Shown piece after piece: positions 1-9,539 of a stretch of DNA of 64,000 bases. The position numbers and the translations under genes are program-made. The stretch comes from Planctomycetota bacterium (lineage in GTDB: Bacteria > Planctomycetota > UBA8108 > SXIK01). Under the pieces are notes generated by a model, which was not told where the DNA came from, searched no databases, and was given only the letters and a program-made list of their open reading frames with translations. Where the stretch lies: the NCBI GenBank assembly GCA_965223845.1, contig CBDCXR010000004.1, positions 2,336,001 to 2,400,000 on the forward strand, given 5' to 3'. The first letter of the stretch is position 1, and the number at the start of each line of letters is the position of its first letter.

Positions 1-2597
1 TGCGAGGCGTGCCGCCGTCGCGCATGCCGCAGGTGAGTGGTGAGGTGACGCCGCCGCGGCTCAGCTCTCGACTGCGCGCTCCGGCCGGAGGAGGCTCCCT
101 CGGGTCCGCTCGGGGCGAACTCGATTGGATCGCCGCCAAAGCGATGGAGCGCGACCCCGATCGACGGTACGCCACCGCATCCGAGCTCGCGGCCGACGTG
201 GAGCGATTTCTCCGGCGCGAACCCGTCCTCGCCGGCCCACCGACCTTCGTCTATCGACTCCGGAAGACGATGCGCCGGCATCGCGGACCGATTGCGGCGG
301 TCGGCGCCGTCATGATCGCGCTCGCCGCCGGGCTCGTCGCGAGCCTCGTTCTCTACCTCGACACCGAGCGCGCACTCGACTCTGAACGCGAGGCGCTCGT
401 CATCTCCGAGGGACGACGCCTCACTGCCGAATCGGAGAGTTTGATCGGATCCGATCCTCGGCTTGCGCTCACGCGTGCGCTCGACGGCGTCGCTCGCCAC
501 CGAGACCTGCAATCGGTGAACGCGGTGTCATCCGCGCTCGCAGCGTGGATTCCGAACCGAACGCTTGCCGGGCACACCCAGACGATGGTCGAAGCCGCTG
601 CGTTCGACCACCGCGGTGAGCTTGTGATCACGGCGGGCTGGGACGGCACGGCGAGAGTGTGGGAGGCTGCGACCGGGAAGCTCCTCTCGACGCTCACGCA
701 CGTGGGCGGTGTCCGCGGAGCAGGTTTCAGTCCGGGCGGCGGGACGATCTACACCCTCGCCGGCGGGACTGCGTTCCTGTGGTCGATCGGCCGCGGCGCC
801 GAGCCAAAGCAGCGACCTCGCTTGCGGGCGGCGCTGGGAACGAGCGCCGTGACTTCCGTCGAGTTCAGCTTCGACGGCTCGCGGATCCTTACGGCGGAGA
901 CGAACGGTATGACGACCGTGTGGAACGCCCGCGATGCGACCAAGCTGCGCGAGATCGGAGGCGAGACGCGTCTCTCGTCGGCGCAGCTCAGCCCGCGCGG
1001 CGACCGCGTGCTCACGGTCGGGCGGCAGCGGCCGCCTCGGATGTACTCGGTCGAGACGGGAGAGTTGATCGCGTCGTACGGGCGCCGCGGCGCGTTCTTC
1101 GCCCGATTCAGCCCAAGCGGCGACCGGATCGTGTCGAGTCCGCTGTCAACGACGGTCGCGGTCGTTTGGGACGCACAGGAGGCGACGAGAGTCGCGGAGC
1201 TGCGCGGGCACACGAATCTCTTGACCGCAGCCGCGTTCAGCAGCGACGGTCGACAGCTCGTGACGGCCTCGCTCGATTGGACCGCGATCGTTTGGAACGC
1301 CAAGACGGGCGAGCGAATCGCCACTCTCCGGGGCCACGAGCTCGGCGTCCGATCGGCGTCGTTCGATCCGCGCGACGAGCTCGTGCTGACCGCGTCGATC
1401 GATGGTACGGCGCGCATCTGGAGCCCAGCGAACGGGGCTAGCTTGCTCGTCCTCAGGGGCCATTCGTCGAGTCTCAACTCGGCCTCGTTCGATTCCTCCG
1501 CGCGTCGCGTCGTCACCGCGGCGAAGGACGCTACGGCGCGTGTCTGGGACCTCGAGGCGGATTTCGGTCTCGCGGCGCGACAACACCACGGCGCCGAAAT
1601 CGAAACTCTGGCGTTCGCTCCCGGCGGCGATCGGCTTCTCACCGCCTCGCGCGATCGCACGGCGCAGATCTCGTGGACGAACGGAGGCGGAAAGCGGACC
1701 GTCTTGAGCGGACATCGATCGCACGTCTCCGACGGCCGGTTCAGTCCCGACGGTTCACGCGCGGCGACGGGGTCGCTCGATGGGACCGCCCGCCTGTGGG
1801 ACGTCGCCTCGGGTCGCGAGCTCCATCGCTGGTCTCACGTCGGGCCCGTTCACGCGGTTCGCTTCAGCCCCGACGGGGCGCGGCTCCTCACGGGCGCGGG
1901 GCGGGTCGCGAAGATCTGGGACGTGTCCTCGGGGAACGAGCTTCACTTGCTCAAAGGTCACCGCGGAGACGTGCACTCCGTCGGGTGGAGCCCAAACGGA
2001 CTCCGAATCCTGACCGCCTCGCGCGACAAAACGGCGCGCGTCTGGGATTCCGGCTCGGGCGACCTCATCCACCGCATGACGGCGCACGCTGAGAGGATTC
2101 TCGTCGCCAAATACACACCGGACGGTTCCCGGATCGTCACGGGATCCGGCGATCGAACCGCGCGCATCTGGGACGCGAGCTCTGGCGATGAACTGCTCTC
2201 ACTGCGAGGACACCGCGCCGGGATCGTCGACCTCGGGTTCAGCCCGAACGGTCGCCGGCTCGTCACGGCGAGCTACGACCGTGAGGCGCGAATCTGGAAC
2301 CTCGACAGCGGCGCCGAAGTCGCCCGACTTACGGGGCACGCCGATCGTGTCGTGTCGGCGCGATTCAGTCCGGATGGCGAGCTCGTCCTCACGGCATCGT
2401 GGGACAAGACCGCTCGTCTGTGGGATGCGGCCTCGGGACAAGAGATCGTCACGCTCAAGGGTCACGCCGGACGTCTCACGATCGCCGCCTTTGGCCCCGA
2501 CGGAAAGCGCATCGCGACGGGTTCCTGGGACCGGACGGCTCGAATCTGGCCCGTGGACCCCGTTGCTTTCAGCCGTCAGTACTCGATGACTCCGTGA
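1..2597 (+). CDS. Ser/Thr protein kinase (C-terminal remnant only) with TM helix and about 16 WD40 repeats; 5'-truncated by the window
   Basis: The frame is open from the window edge. ELDWIAAKAMERDPDRRYATASELAADVERFL is kinase subdomain XI. A hydrophobic helix (IAAVGAVMIALAAGLVASLVLY) follows, then 16 GH...FSPDG..TAS.D.TARxW repeats. Confidence 0.92.
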   Translation, partial: RGVPPSRMPQVSGEVTPPRLSSRLRAPAGGGSLGSARGELDWIAAKAMERDPDRRYATASELAADVERFLRREPVLAGPPTFVYRLRKTMRRHRGPIAAVGAVMIALAAGLVASLVLYLDTERALDSEREALVISEGRRLTAESESLIGSDPRLALTRALDGVARHRDLQSVNAVSSALAAWIPNRTLAGHTQTMVEAAAFDHRGELVITAGWDGTARVWEAATGKLLSTLTHVGGVRGAGFSPGGGTIYTLAGGTAFLWSIGRGAEPKQRPRLRAALGTSAVTSVEFSFDGSRILTAETNGMTTVWNARDATKLREIGGETRLSSAQLSPRGDRVLTVGRQRPPRMYSVETGELIASYGRRGAFFARFSPSGDRIVSSPLSTTVAVVWDAQEATRVAELRGHTNLLTAAAFSSDGRQLVTASLDWTAIVWNAKTGERIATLRGHELGVRSASFDPRDELVLTASIDGTARIWSPANGASLLVLRGHSSSLNSASFDSSARRVVTAAKDATARVWDLEADFGLAARQHHGAEIETLAFAPGGDRLLTASRDRTAQISWTNGGGKRTVLSGHRSHVSDGRFSPDGSRAATGSLDGTARLWDVASGRELHRWSHVGPVHAVRFSPDGARLLTGAGRVAKIWDVSSGNELHLLKGHRGDVHSVGWSPNGLRILTASRDKTARVWDSGSGDLIHRMTAHAERILVAKYTPDGSRIVTGSGDRTARIWDASSGDELLSLRGHRAGIVDLGFSPNGRRLVTASYDREARIWNLDSGAEVARLTGHADRVVSARFSPDGELVLTASWDKTARLWDAASGQEIVTLKGHAGRLTIAAFGPDGKRIATGSWDRTARIWPVDPVAFSRQYSMTP

Positions 2598-4789
2598 TCG
2601 GCGAAGTTTCTCCGGAAGCGATCTCTCCAGTTGCTCCCGTACTGATTGCCGATGTAGACGGCCATGTTTTCGACGAACTGCTCGTAGCTTTGAAGGTTCG
2701 AGAGACTCAGGGCGTAGAAGAGGGCGCGAAGGAAGATCATGCTGGCCGGAGGATCGCCCAAAGCGGCACGAAAGCCCGAACAGTCGTGGTCGCCTTCCAC
2801 GGCACACGTCCGGTAGTTCATGAATTTCCACTGCGCCTGCCAGAGCGAAGCCATGCGATATCCCGTGGAGACGGTGCAGGAATGACTGACGCTGGCGCTT
2901 GGACGGTCGAAAGCGAAATCGCCGACATCGCTCTCGCCCTCGCTGCAGCCTTCCCCGTGGACGGGAAAGGTCAAACCCAGCGCGTTAAACCAACACGGGT
3001 TATCGGTGGTCGAGAGGTCGTACGGGAGCGACGAATAGAGCTCGCGATAGAGTGCGAGGCGCACCAGATCCGCGATGGACTCCCGAAGCGGTAGAGCCTC
3101 GTCCGTTGTGTCCCAAACGCAGGTGTCCGAAACCAATCCCGAGCCGAAGATCCCGTGGCGCGAGTAGAGGTCGTAGTAGTGACCGATCTCGTGGAAGAGA
3201 TGTCCTTCGTCCCTCGAGCACATCGCGATCGCCGCCTGGGGAAACGACGCCGTCGGGTACGGGTGACCGATCTCGTCCCAGCCGTCGAAGTTGTACTCGT
3301 GGATCGCGGCGGGACTATCGGAGCAAGGATCGTTCTGAGGGGCAGCGTCGATGTTGCTCCAAATCGAAAGCGGAGCGGGGTCACCGCTTCCGAACGGAGC
3401 ATCGGGGTGGTGGTCCCACGGGAACGACTCCTTGAGCGGATCCAAGCGCCGAGTGGCGGCGGTCGCCTTCTGATAGATGTTTTGCGTCGTGAACGCGCGG
3501 ACCGAGTTCGGCTGCCGATTGAAGACTCCCCAGAGAAGCGGCGGGTCGCTGCCGGGGATGTACTCCGTCGCGGTGCGCACGATCGGAGGCGAGTCGTTGT
3601 CGCCGCGAAAGTCGTAAATCCCCACCCGGTCACTCCCCATCCGGAGGAGGCATCCGCGCCCACGCGGCGGCAACGCCTCGCAGCTGCCGTCGACGACCGA
3701 ACCGAGGGTCGGGTACGCGGCGGTTTCGCTCGTATCCGGGTTGTCCTCCACCTCGTAGGCGTGGACCGAGATCGCTCGGCGATCGAACGCGTCGAAATGC
3801 ACGAGCGAATTGTAGCCGAGGTACTCGCCGTCGGCTGCCGACACGAAGACGAGGGCGATGACTTGGCCGTCATCGAGAATCTCGCCGCGGTACGCGATCG
3901 CTTTCCGCTGAGGTACGGCGACGAGATCTACCTCGCCGACAGTGTGTTCCTCTGAAGGCCGGGGGCGCGCCTCGCGAAAGAGTTTGAGCCACGACAACCG
4001 GATGTTTCTCCTCGCAGACTGAAGGGGAATCTGTTCCTTGAGCCCCGAGTAGTCCGGCGCGGGATCGAGAACCGTGCCGGTGAAGGACATGGCACGGAAG
4101 CGGCCGTCTTCGAGGTTCTCGGCGATCGTAAGCGCAATCGAGTGCTCGGGGCCGACGACTTCATGCCCGCGGTAGGTCTGTCCGTAAAAGAAGATCGCGA
4201 GCTGATCGACGCGAAGGTCGCCTTCCGACGGTTGCAGGTGATCGAGATCGCGCGTCGATTCGATTCCGTTTAGCCCGAACTCGCTCGCGTTCGCGACGAT
4301 CCACTCCTTGAACGCGCTCTCGGCTCGCCCGGGTTCGAGCTCGAAGAGGCCGCTCGGATCCGTCTCGATGATGCCGTTCACGCTGCCGTCGGAATTGAGA
4401 GTGATTCTCTGCGACGGTGGCGGAGCGTCGTCGCAGAGGGGAAAGCTCTCGCAGGAAAGGAGATCGTCCGTCGGATCGAGCCCGCACTCGAACGGGCCCG
4501 GCGGAGACGGCAACGGGCCGTCGGAGAAGAGCCAATTGAGGAGCGCGATCGGGTCGATGATCGTGATGTCGCCGTCGTCGTGCGTGTCGAAAGCATCGAA
4601 GCACAGGGGATCCGGCCCGTCGGAGAAGAGCCAGTTGAGAATGAGCACGGGATCGCTGATGACGACGAGCCCATCGGCGTTCGCATCCCCGCGGATAAAG
4701 GGCGCGTCGCCGCCCGCGAGGCCTGCGTGAACCGCTCCGCTCGGGATGAGCGCGCAGAACAACACCGCGCGGAAACCGGACTTCGACAT
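2576..4789 (-). CDS. Secreted thermolysin/M4(M36)-like zinc metallopeptidase with N-terminal dockerin-like module
   Basis: Signal peptide (...GAVHA); FIRGDANADG double EF-hand module; FTP/PepSY-like propeptide (YGQTYRGHEV, FVSAADGEYL); HEIGH zinc motif plus LRESIAD (gluzincin ExxxD); GAAGGAGG Shine-Dalgarno upstream. Confidence 0.75.
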   Translation of the reverse strand: MSKSGFRAVLFCALIPSGAVHAGLAGGDAPFIRGDANADGLVVISDPVLILNWLFSDGPDPLCFDAFDTHDDGDITIIDPIALLNWLFSDGPLPSPPGPFECGLDPTDDLLSCESFPLCDDAPPPSQRITLNSDGSVNGIIETDPSGLFELEPGRAESAFKEWIVANASEFGLNGIESTRDLDHLQPSEGDLRVDQLAIFFYGQTYRGHEVVGPEHSIALTIAENLEDGRFRAMSFTGTVLDPAPDYSGLKEQIPLQSARRNIRLSWLKLFREARPRPSEEHTVGEVDLVAVPQRKAIAYRGEILDDGQVIALVFVSAADGEYLGYNSLVHFDAFDRRAISVHAYEVEDNPDTSETAAYPTLGSVVDGSCEALPPRGRGCLLRMGSDRVGIYDFRGDNDSPPIVRTATEYIPGSDPPLLWGVFNRQPNSVRAFTTQNIYQKATAATRRLDPLKESFPWDHHPDAPFGSGDPAPLSIWSNIDAAPQNDPCSDSPAAIHEYNFDGWDEIGHPYPTASFPQAAIAMCSRDEGHLFHEIGHYYDLYSRHGIFGSGLVSDTCVWDTTDEALPLRESIADLVRLALYRELYSSLPYDLSTTDNPCWFNALGLTFPVHGEGCSEGESDVGDFAFDRPSASVSHSCTVSTGYRMASLWQAQWKFMNYRTCAVEGDHDCSGFRAALGDPPASMIFLRALFYALSLSNLQSYEQFVENMAVYIGNQYGSNWRDRFRRNFADHGVIEY

Positions 4790-4824
4790 CGAACGTCCTC
4801 CTTCGAGTGTGTGGAACCACAGCT

Positions 4825-4848
4825 CCGGTGACTTACTTCCGTCACCGG
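4825..4848. other. Perfect 8-bp stem hairpin upstream of the peptidase gene
   Basis: CCGGTGAC-ttacttcc-GTCACCGG. No U-tract, so its role (terminator or operator) is uncertain. Confidence 0.35.
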
Positions 4849-4954
4849 GAGGAGGAGGACGTCAGGGTTTTCGTCAGATTCTTGATCGAGCGCATCGGGA
4901 CGGGTCCGCGGCTCGCATCGGCCTCAGCCCGCCGTTACCGATCGCTAGCCAAAC

Positions 4955-7900
4955 TCAATCCCCCGCACGAATGCCCGTCGCGGCCAGCAGGTGAAAGCAC
5001 GTGATCCGGTCGTTGGCACCTTCCGTCACGACGCCTCCGAAGTGCATGAGGAAGCGCCCGGATTCCGGCTCGAGAACGAAGCTCGCGAGCTCTCTCTGAG
5101 GGTCGGTCGGAACGACGATCTCGAAGACGGCGGGGTCGTTGTCGTCCTCGAACTGCCCCAAGGGCCAAGCGTCCATGCCGTCGTAGATCGGAGTGCTCCC
5201 GAATTGGACGCCGCGCAAATCATTCCGGAACGGATCGTCGTAGAAGTCGTCACACGGGAGCTGGCCGGTCTCGCGGCTGCCGTCGGCGTACTCGAGGGTT
5301 ACGGGCACGATCGAATCTCCTTCGGCCCCCGAGACGAGAAACCGGACGGCGACGTAACGACCGCGCGCAACTTCGACCCGCACCGACCGGTCCGCCTTTC
5401 TGAGCTTGACTACGTTCGGCGTCGAATAATCGCCGAGTCGGTGGACTCCGATGCGACGGTTCGTCGGTAGGCCCCGAACCGCTGGGTTGTCCGACCGCTC
5501 GCCGTCGTAACCGTCGACTCCGAGCCAGAACACCGCGCCGAACCAGTCGTTTCCGTCCGGGTCGTCGGGACCGGCGACGACGTCGGCGTTGAAGACCCCG
5601 GATAGATCGAACGGCACCGCCTCGAACGGAAACTCGGCCGTCGTGAACGAAACCTCCCCGCTTGCGGCGCTGACTCCGCCGTTTGCGTCCACGTGCCGAG
5701 CGCGCCAGAAGTACGTCGTCCGGGGACGGAGAAGGCCAGACGGCAGAGTGACCGAGACAAGATCGCGATCGCTGAGGACGTGATACACCGGCTCACGGTC
5801 GTACGCCGTCCCCGCCTCCCGCACCTCCCACCGCGTCGCTGCATGCTCGACGCGCGGATCGAGGTGAAAGAAGTCGCTCGACTCGAGGATGATCGGTAGC
5901 GCCAGCGGTGAGTCGGGCTCGGGTCGCTTAGCACGGGGCTGAGCCGGCACGACCGGCAGATGAGCGATCGGCAGGTTCTCGAGATTCAAATCGCCGCGAA
6001 AGCGCCGACGCGCCAACTCGGAGTCCTGCGCCTTGAGGCACTCCCAGAGTCGCAGGTGAGGCTCTGCCTGCGAGCGATCGTGCTCGACGAGCTCGCGGTA
6101 GATCTCCGCGGCGCGCTCGAGCTCGCCGTCACGCTGGAGGAATCGCGCCTCCAAATAGCGGGCGCGGAGCGCATCGTTCTCCCCCCGAGATCGAAGGAGC
6201 TCATGAAACGCGTCGAATCGATCGCGTTCCTCACCGCGGCGCAGCTCCGCGACCAGCTGGGGCACGAGCAAGAAATCGGAGCTATCGAGCGATCGATTGA
6301 GCCCCTGAATCGCGAGCACGTTCTCCCCGGACTCGAGCAGATCTCTCGGCAGCTCGAAGACTTCGACGTCCGTCGCCTCGTAGCTCGAACTCGCGACGTC
6401 GCTCGATTCGACGGGCCGCTGTCGCTCGCCAGCACGCCTCCGTACGACTTCCTGTCCGTTCAACCACGCGACGAAACCGTCGTCGCTTCGGAGAGACAGG
6501 AAGAAGCCGCGAAATCGCTCGAAATCGCGCGCAGTGAGCTCAAACCGCCGGCGGACGCTGAGCGTCGTATACTCGCCCTGCATATCCGCGAGGTTCGTGG
6601 TGAACGTGTACTCGCCTTCGGTGTCGTAGCCGAAACCGCTCTTCCCTTCCGTCCAGTCAGAATCATCGAACTGAGGCCGCTCCCAGCCCTCCGGATTCGC
6701 ACGATCCCCTTTGAAGTACCGCCAGGTCTCTCCCGCGCCGATAAGGACCGTCCGGTCCTCGAGCTTAGCGTCGATCGAGGCGTAGGTGACTAAGTCCGGC
6801 CTTACCGCGGCTCGATACGTTTCGAGGCGCGCCCAGTGACGCTGCTTGCTCGCACCGAGTTCGAGTGCGTCCTCGAGTGCGGCGACCGCCTCCGTCCGTC
6901 GCCCCGACGCGAAGAGTATCCGCGCCAAGAAATAGAAGGCTTGCGAGTCGCGGCGCATCGTCCGCTCGACTTCCTCGCGGGCGATCTCGATCGCTCGGGC
7001 GGACCCGACGATCTCGGGGTTGATGCTGCAGGCGAGGACATAGCTCCGAGCTACGATCGAATCGAACTCTGAGGTGGAGTCGACGAGCTCCGCGAGGAAT
7101 CGGATCACGTCGTTGAACCCCTCCGAGCGGGGTACAGTCGGCGCGTCCTCGAGAGTTGCCATCACCTCCTCGTAGAGAGGCCGAGAGGTCTGCTCCAGTC
7201 GGAGCGCTTTCACCAGCGCGCGGAGCGCGCGGTCGACATCTCCCGTGCCGAGGAGCGCGCCGTAAAGCGTGGTCCACGCCGCCGCGCTCGACGGATCGAT
7301 GGCCACGGCCGCTCGCAAATACTCGAGCGCGGCGACGTGACGCGGTGGATCGCTCGAGGCGAGCACGAAACCGAGGGCGAAGTTGATCAGGAAATCGCCC
7401 GGATGCCGACTCCACGCCGCGCGAAGCACGCGCTCCGCATCCTCCGGCGCGTTCGAGTAGAAGAGGAAGTGACCGAGGATCCCGAGAGTCTGCGGGTGCG
7501 CCGTTTCGAGCTCTCTCGATCGAGCAAGTCTCAGCAGCTCGTCTCCGACGCTCCTCTGCGCGGACGAGCCCAGTCTCGCCCACTCCGCCCGGAGTCGGGT
7601 GGCGATCGACTCTTCACCTTCCAGCGCATCGACGACACGACGCAGCTTCTCACGGTGCTGCGGATCGGCCCCGTAAGCACGCAGCACCCACAGCCAGTAG
7701 TCGAGCGTGAGGGCGATCCGCGGCAGCTCAGATTCGCGCAAGAACGCCACCGCCTCGTCGACCGAGACCGAGGGAGCGAGCAAATCGATGCCGAACTCCC
7801 CGAACGCTTCTCGGTACCGACGGTGGATCACCCACCACCGACCCACGGACCGTACGTTCTTGAGGCTTGCGGCTCGGATGTCGTCCAACGTCGTCAGCAT

Positions 7901-9448
7901 GCGTCCGTTTCGCAGCGCGAGCTCGAGCTCGCCCCTAAGGGAGACCGCACGCCTGAGCGCGTCCGGTGGTCCGTGAGGATCCTCGGCGAGCCCGACGCTC
8001 TGCTCGACGATCTCGATGGCGGACTCGAGCTTCGCGATCGCTTCGCGCCCCCCAGGGGCGGATTCGAACCGAAGATTCTGCGCGCGTTCGAGTCCCGCGT
8101 CGATCTGCTCGGTGAGCGTGTCTCTGCGCGCCTCGCGTTCGTTCTCGATCCAGAGATAACCACCGGTGACGAGGAGAAGCACACCGATGGCCAAAACCGC
8201 GATCCCCGTCTTGAATCGAGCCTTCGCGGCTCGGATCGCCATGGTTTGGGCCCGCTCTTCGAGCGAATCGAGATAAGCGCCCGTCTCCGCGGCGACCGCA
8301 CCGGCGTTCCGCGGACGCTCGAGTCGTTCGAAGGCGATGCACCGCTTCGCGAGCGCGATCAGCGTCGCGTCCGCGCTGGAGCGATCGAGGCGTGCAAATG
8401 CGTCGTCGAGGTGACCGCTCTTCGCCTTGCGGTAGACGTCCTCGACGCTGTCGCCCAAGTGTACCGGGCGACCGGTCAGGATCTCACAGAGAACCGCGCC
8501 GAGACCGAAGACGTCGGTGCGCTCGTCGAGGTCATCCACTTCGCCGCGCGCTTGTTCCGGAGCCATGTAAGCCGGCGTCCCGAGCACCGAGCCGGCGAGA
8601 GATTCGGAGCCGGTACTCCCCGACCGCAGGGTCCGGATGACGCTCGGCGGCTCCGCCGTGGTCGTCGCGCGCCGATCTTCCTGGGCGCCGCCGCGCGCGA
8701 GCACCTTCGCGAGGCCCCAATCCATCACCTGCACTTCGCCGAATGAGCCGACCATGATGTTGGAGGGCTTGAGGTCGCGATGAATGACTCCGCGAGCGTG
8801 CGCGTACGCGAGAGTCTGCGCGACTTGGAGAAAGATGCCGAGAAACCGTTGCCGTTCCACGGCGGGGTCGCGCCGCTCGGAGAGAAGCTCCGAGAGCGTG
8901 CGCCCCTTCACGAGCTTCATCGTGAAGAAGGGTCGATCGTCCGCGAAGAGCCCCATTTCGTGGACGGCGCACACTCCGGGATGGTGGAGCTGCCCGCCGA
9001 TCTGCGCTTCCTCGACAAAGCGTCGCAGCAGTTCCGGCTTCGTTCGATGCGCGTCGAGAATGACCTTGAACGCAACGTCGCGCCCGAGATCCACATCGTG
9101 CGCGCGATAGACTGCGCCGACGCCGCCGCGGGCGATCTCGCCCGTCAAGCGGTACCGCCCGACTCGCTCGGGCAGGTCGCCTTCTTCGGCCGTACGCGGC
9201 CGCACGATCGGGCTGCGATCGTCCAGGATGTCGCGTAGGGAAACGCGCGACACTTCGCCGGTGATCTCGCCCAGGCGCTGGACGATGCTCTCGTGCGCGC
9301 TCGTCTCCGAGCCGCCCGACGCTTCACCCGGATGGGTCTCAAAGACGGCGCGCAGACCGGCCTCGACTGGATCCGTCGATCCATCGGAGCGACTCGCTCC
9401 ATCGAGCGGCAGAGTTTCGCCGGCGGAATCGAGATCGGAATCGGTCAT
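4955..9448 (-). CDS. Membrane Ser/Thr kinase with extracytoplasmic TPR repeats, galactose-binding-like jelly-roll, Fn3-like and beta-sandwich domains
   Basis: Kinase motifs ARGGVG, VAFK, HRDLKPSN, DWG and GTPAYMAPE; TM helix (GIAVLAIGVLLLVTGGYLWI); TPR-like helices; WRYFKG...FDDSDW...DDGFVAWLNG jelly-roll; LRPRTTYFWRARH Fn3-like strand; GGAGGGG SD. Confidence 0.92.
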   Translation of the reverse strand: MTDSDLDSAGETLPLDGASRSDGSTDPVEAGLRAVFETHPGEASGGSETSAHESIVQRLGEITGEVSRVSLRDILDDRSPIVRPRTAEEGDLPERVGRYRLTGEIARGGVGAVYRAHDVDLGRDVAFKVILDAHRTKPELLRRFVEEAQIGGQLHHPGVCAVHEMGLFADDRPFFTMKLVKGRTLSELLSERRDPAVERQRFLGIFLQVAQTLAYAHARGVIHRDLKPSNIMVGSFGEVQVMDWGLAKVLARGGAQEDRRATTTAEPPSVIRTLRSGSTGSESLAGSVLGTPAYMAPEQARGEVDDLDERTDVFGLGAVLCEILTGRPVHLGDSVEDVYRKAKSGHLDDAFARLDRSSADATLIALAKRCIAFERLERPRNAGAVAAETGAYLDSLEERAQTMAIRAAKARFKTGIAVLAIGVLLLVTGGYLWIENEREARRDTLTEQIDAGLERAQNLRFESAPGGREAIAKLESAIEIVEQSVGLAEDPHGPPDALRRAVSLRGELELALRNGRMLTTLDDIRAASLKNVRSVGRWWVIHRRYREAFGEFGIDLLAPSVSVDEAVAFLRESELPRIALTLDYWLWVLRAYGADPQHREKLRRVVDALEGEESIATRLRAEWARLGSSAQRSVGDELLRLARSRELETAHPQTLGILGHFLFYSNAPEDAERVLRAAWSRHPGDFLINFALGFVLASSDPPRHVAALEYLRAAVAIDPSSAAAWTTLYGALLGTGDVDRALRALVKALRLEQTSRPLYEEVMATLEDAPTVPRSEGFNDVIRFLAELVDSTSEFDSIVARSYVLACSINPEIVGSARAIEIAREEVERTMRRDSQAFYFLARILFASGRRTEAVAALEDALELGASKQRHWARLETYRAAVRPDLVTYASIDAKLEDRTVLIGAGETWRYFKGDRANPEGWERPQFDDSDWTEGKSGFGYDTEGEYTFTTNLADMQGEYTTLSVRRRFELTARDFERFRGFFLSLRSDDGFVAWLNGQEVVRRRAGERQRPVESSDVASSSYEATDVEVFELPRDLLESGENVLAIQGLNRSLDSSDFLLVPQLVAELRRGEERDRFDAFHELLRSRGENDALRARYLEARFLQRDGELERAAEIYRELVEHDRSQAEPHLRLWECLKAQDSELARRRFRGDLNLENLPIAHLPVVPAQPRAKRPEPDSPLALPIILESSDFFHLDPRVEHAATRWEVREAGTAYDREPVYHVLSDRDLVSVTLPSGLLRPRTTYFWRARHVDANGGVSAASGEVSFTTAEFPFEAVPFDLSGVFNADVVAGPDDPDGNDWFGAVFWLGVDGYDGERSDNPAVRGLPTNRRIGVHRLGDYSTPNVVKLRKADRSVRVEVARGRYVAVRFLVSGAEGDSIVPVTLEYADGSRETGQLPCDDFYDDPFRNDLRGVQFGSTPIYDGMDAWPLGQFEDDNDPAVFEIVVPTDPQRELASFVLEPESGRFLMHFGGVVTEGANDRITCFHLLAATGIRAGD

Positions 9449-9539
9449 GGTACCCCTCCGGATTCGACGTCAACGGTTCGCGAGCATCCCCTGTTCCGGC
9501 CTCGGGGCAGTTTTCCGCGGAGTTTTTCGTCCTTTTTTT

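Noticed and set aside
560-2560. WD40 DNA repeats as a diversifying or DGR-type target
   Set aside because: The repeats are diverged at the nucleotide level, with no near-identical template/variable pair and no reverse transcriptase in the window.
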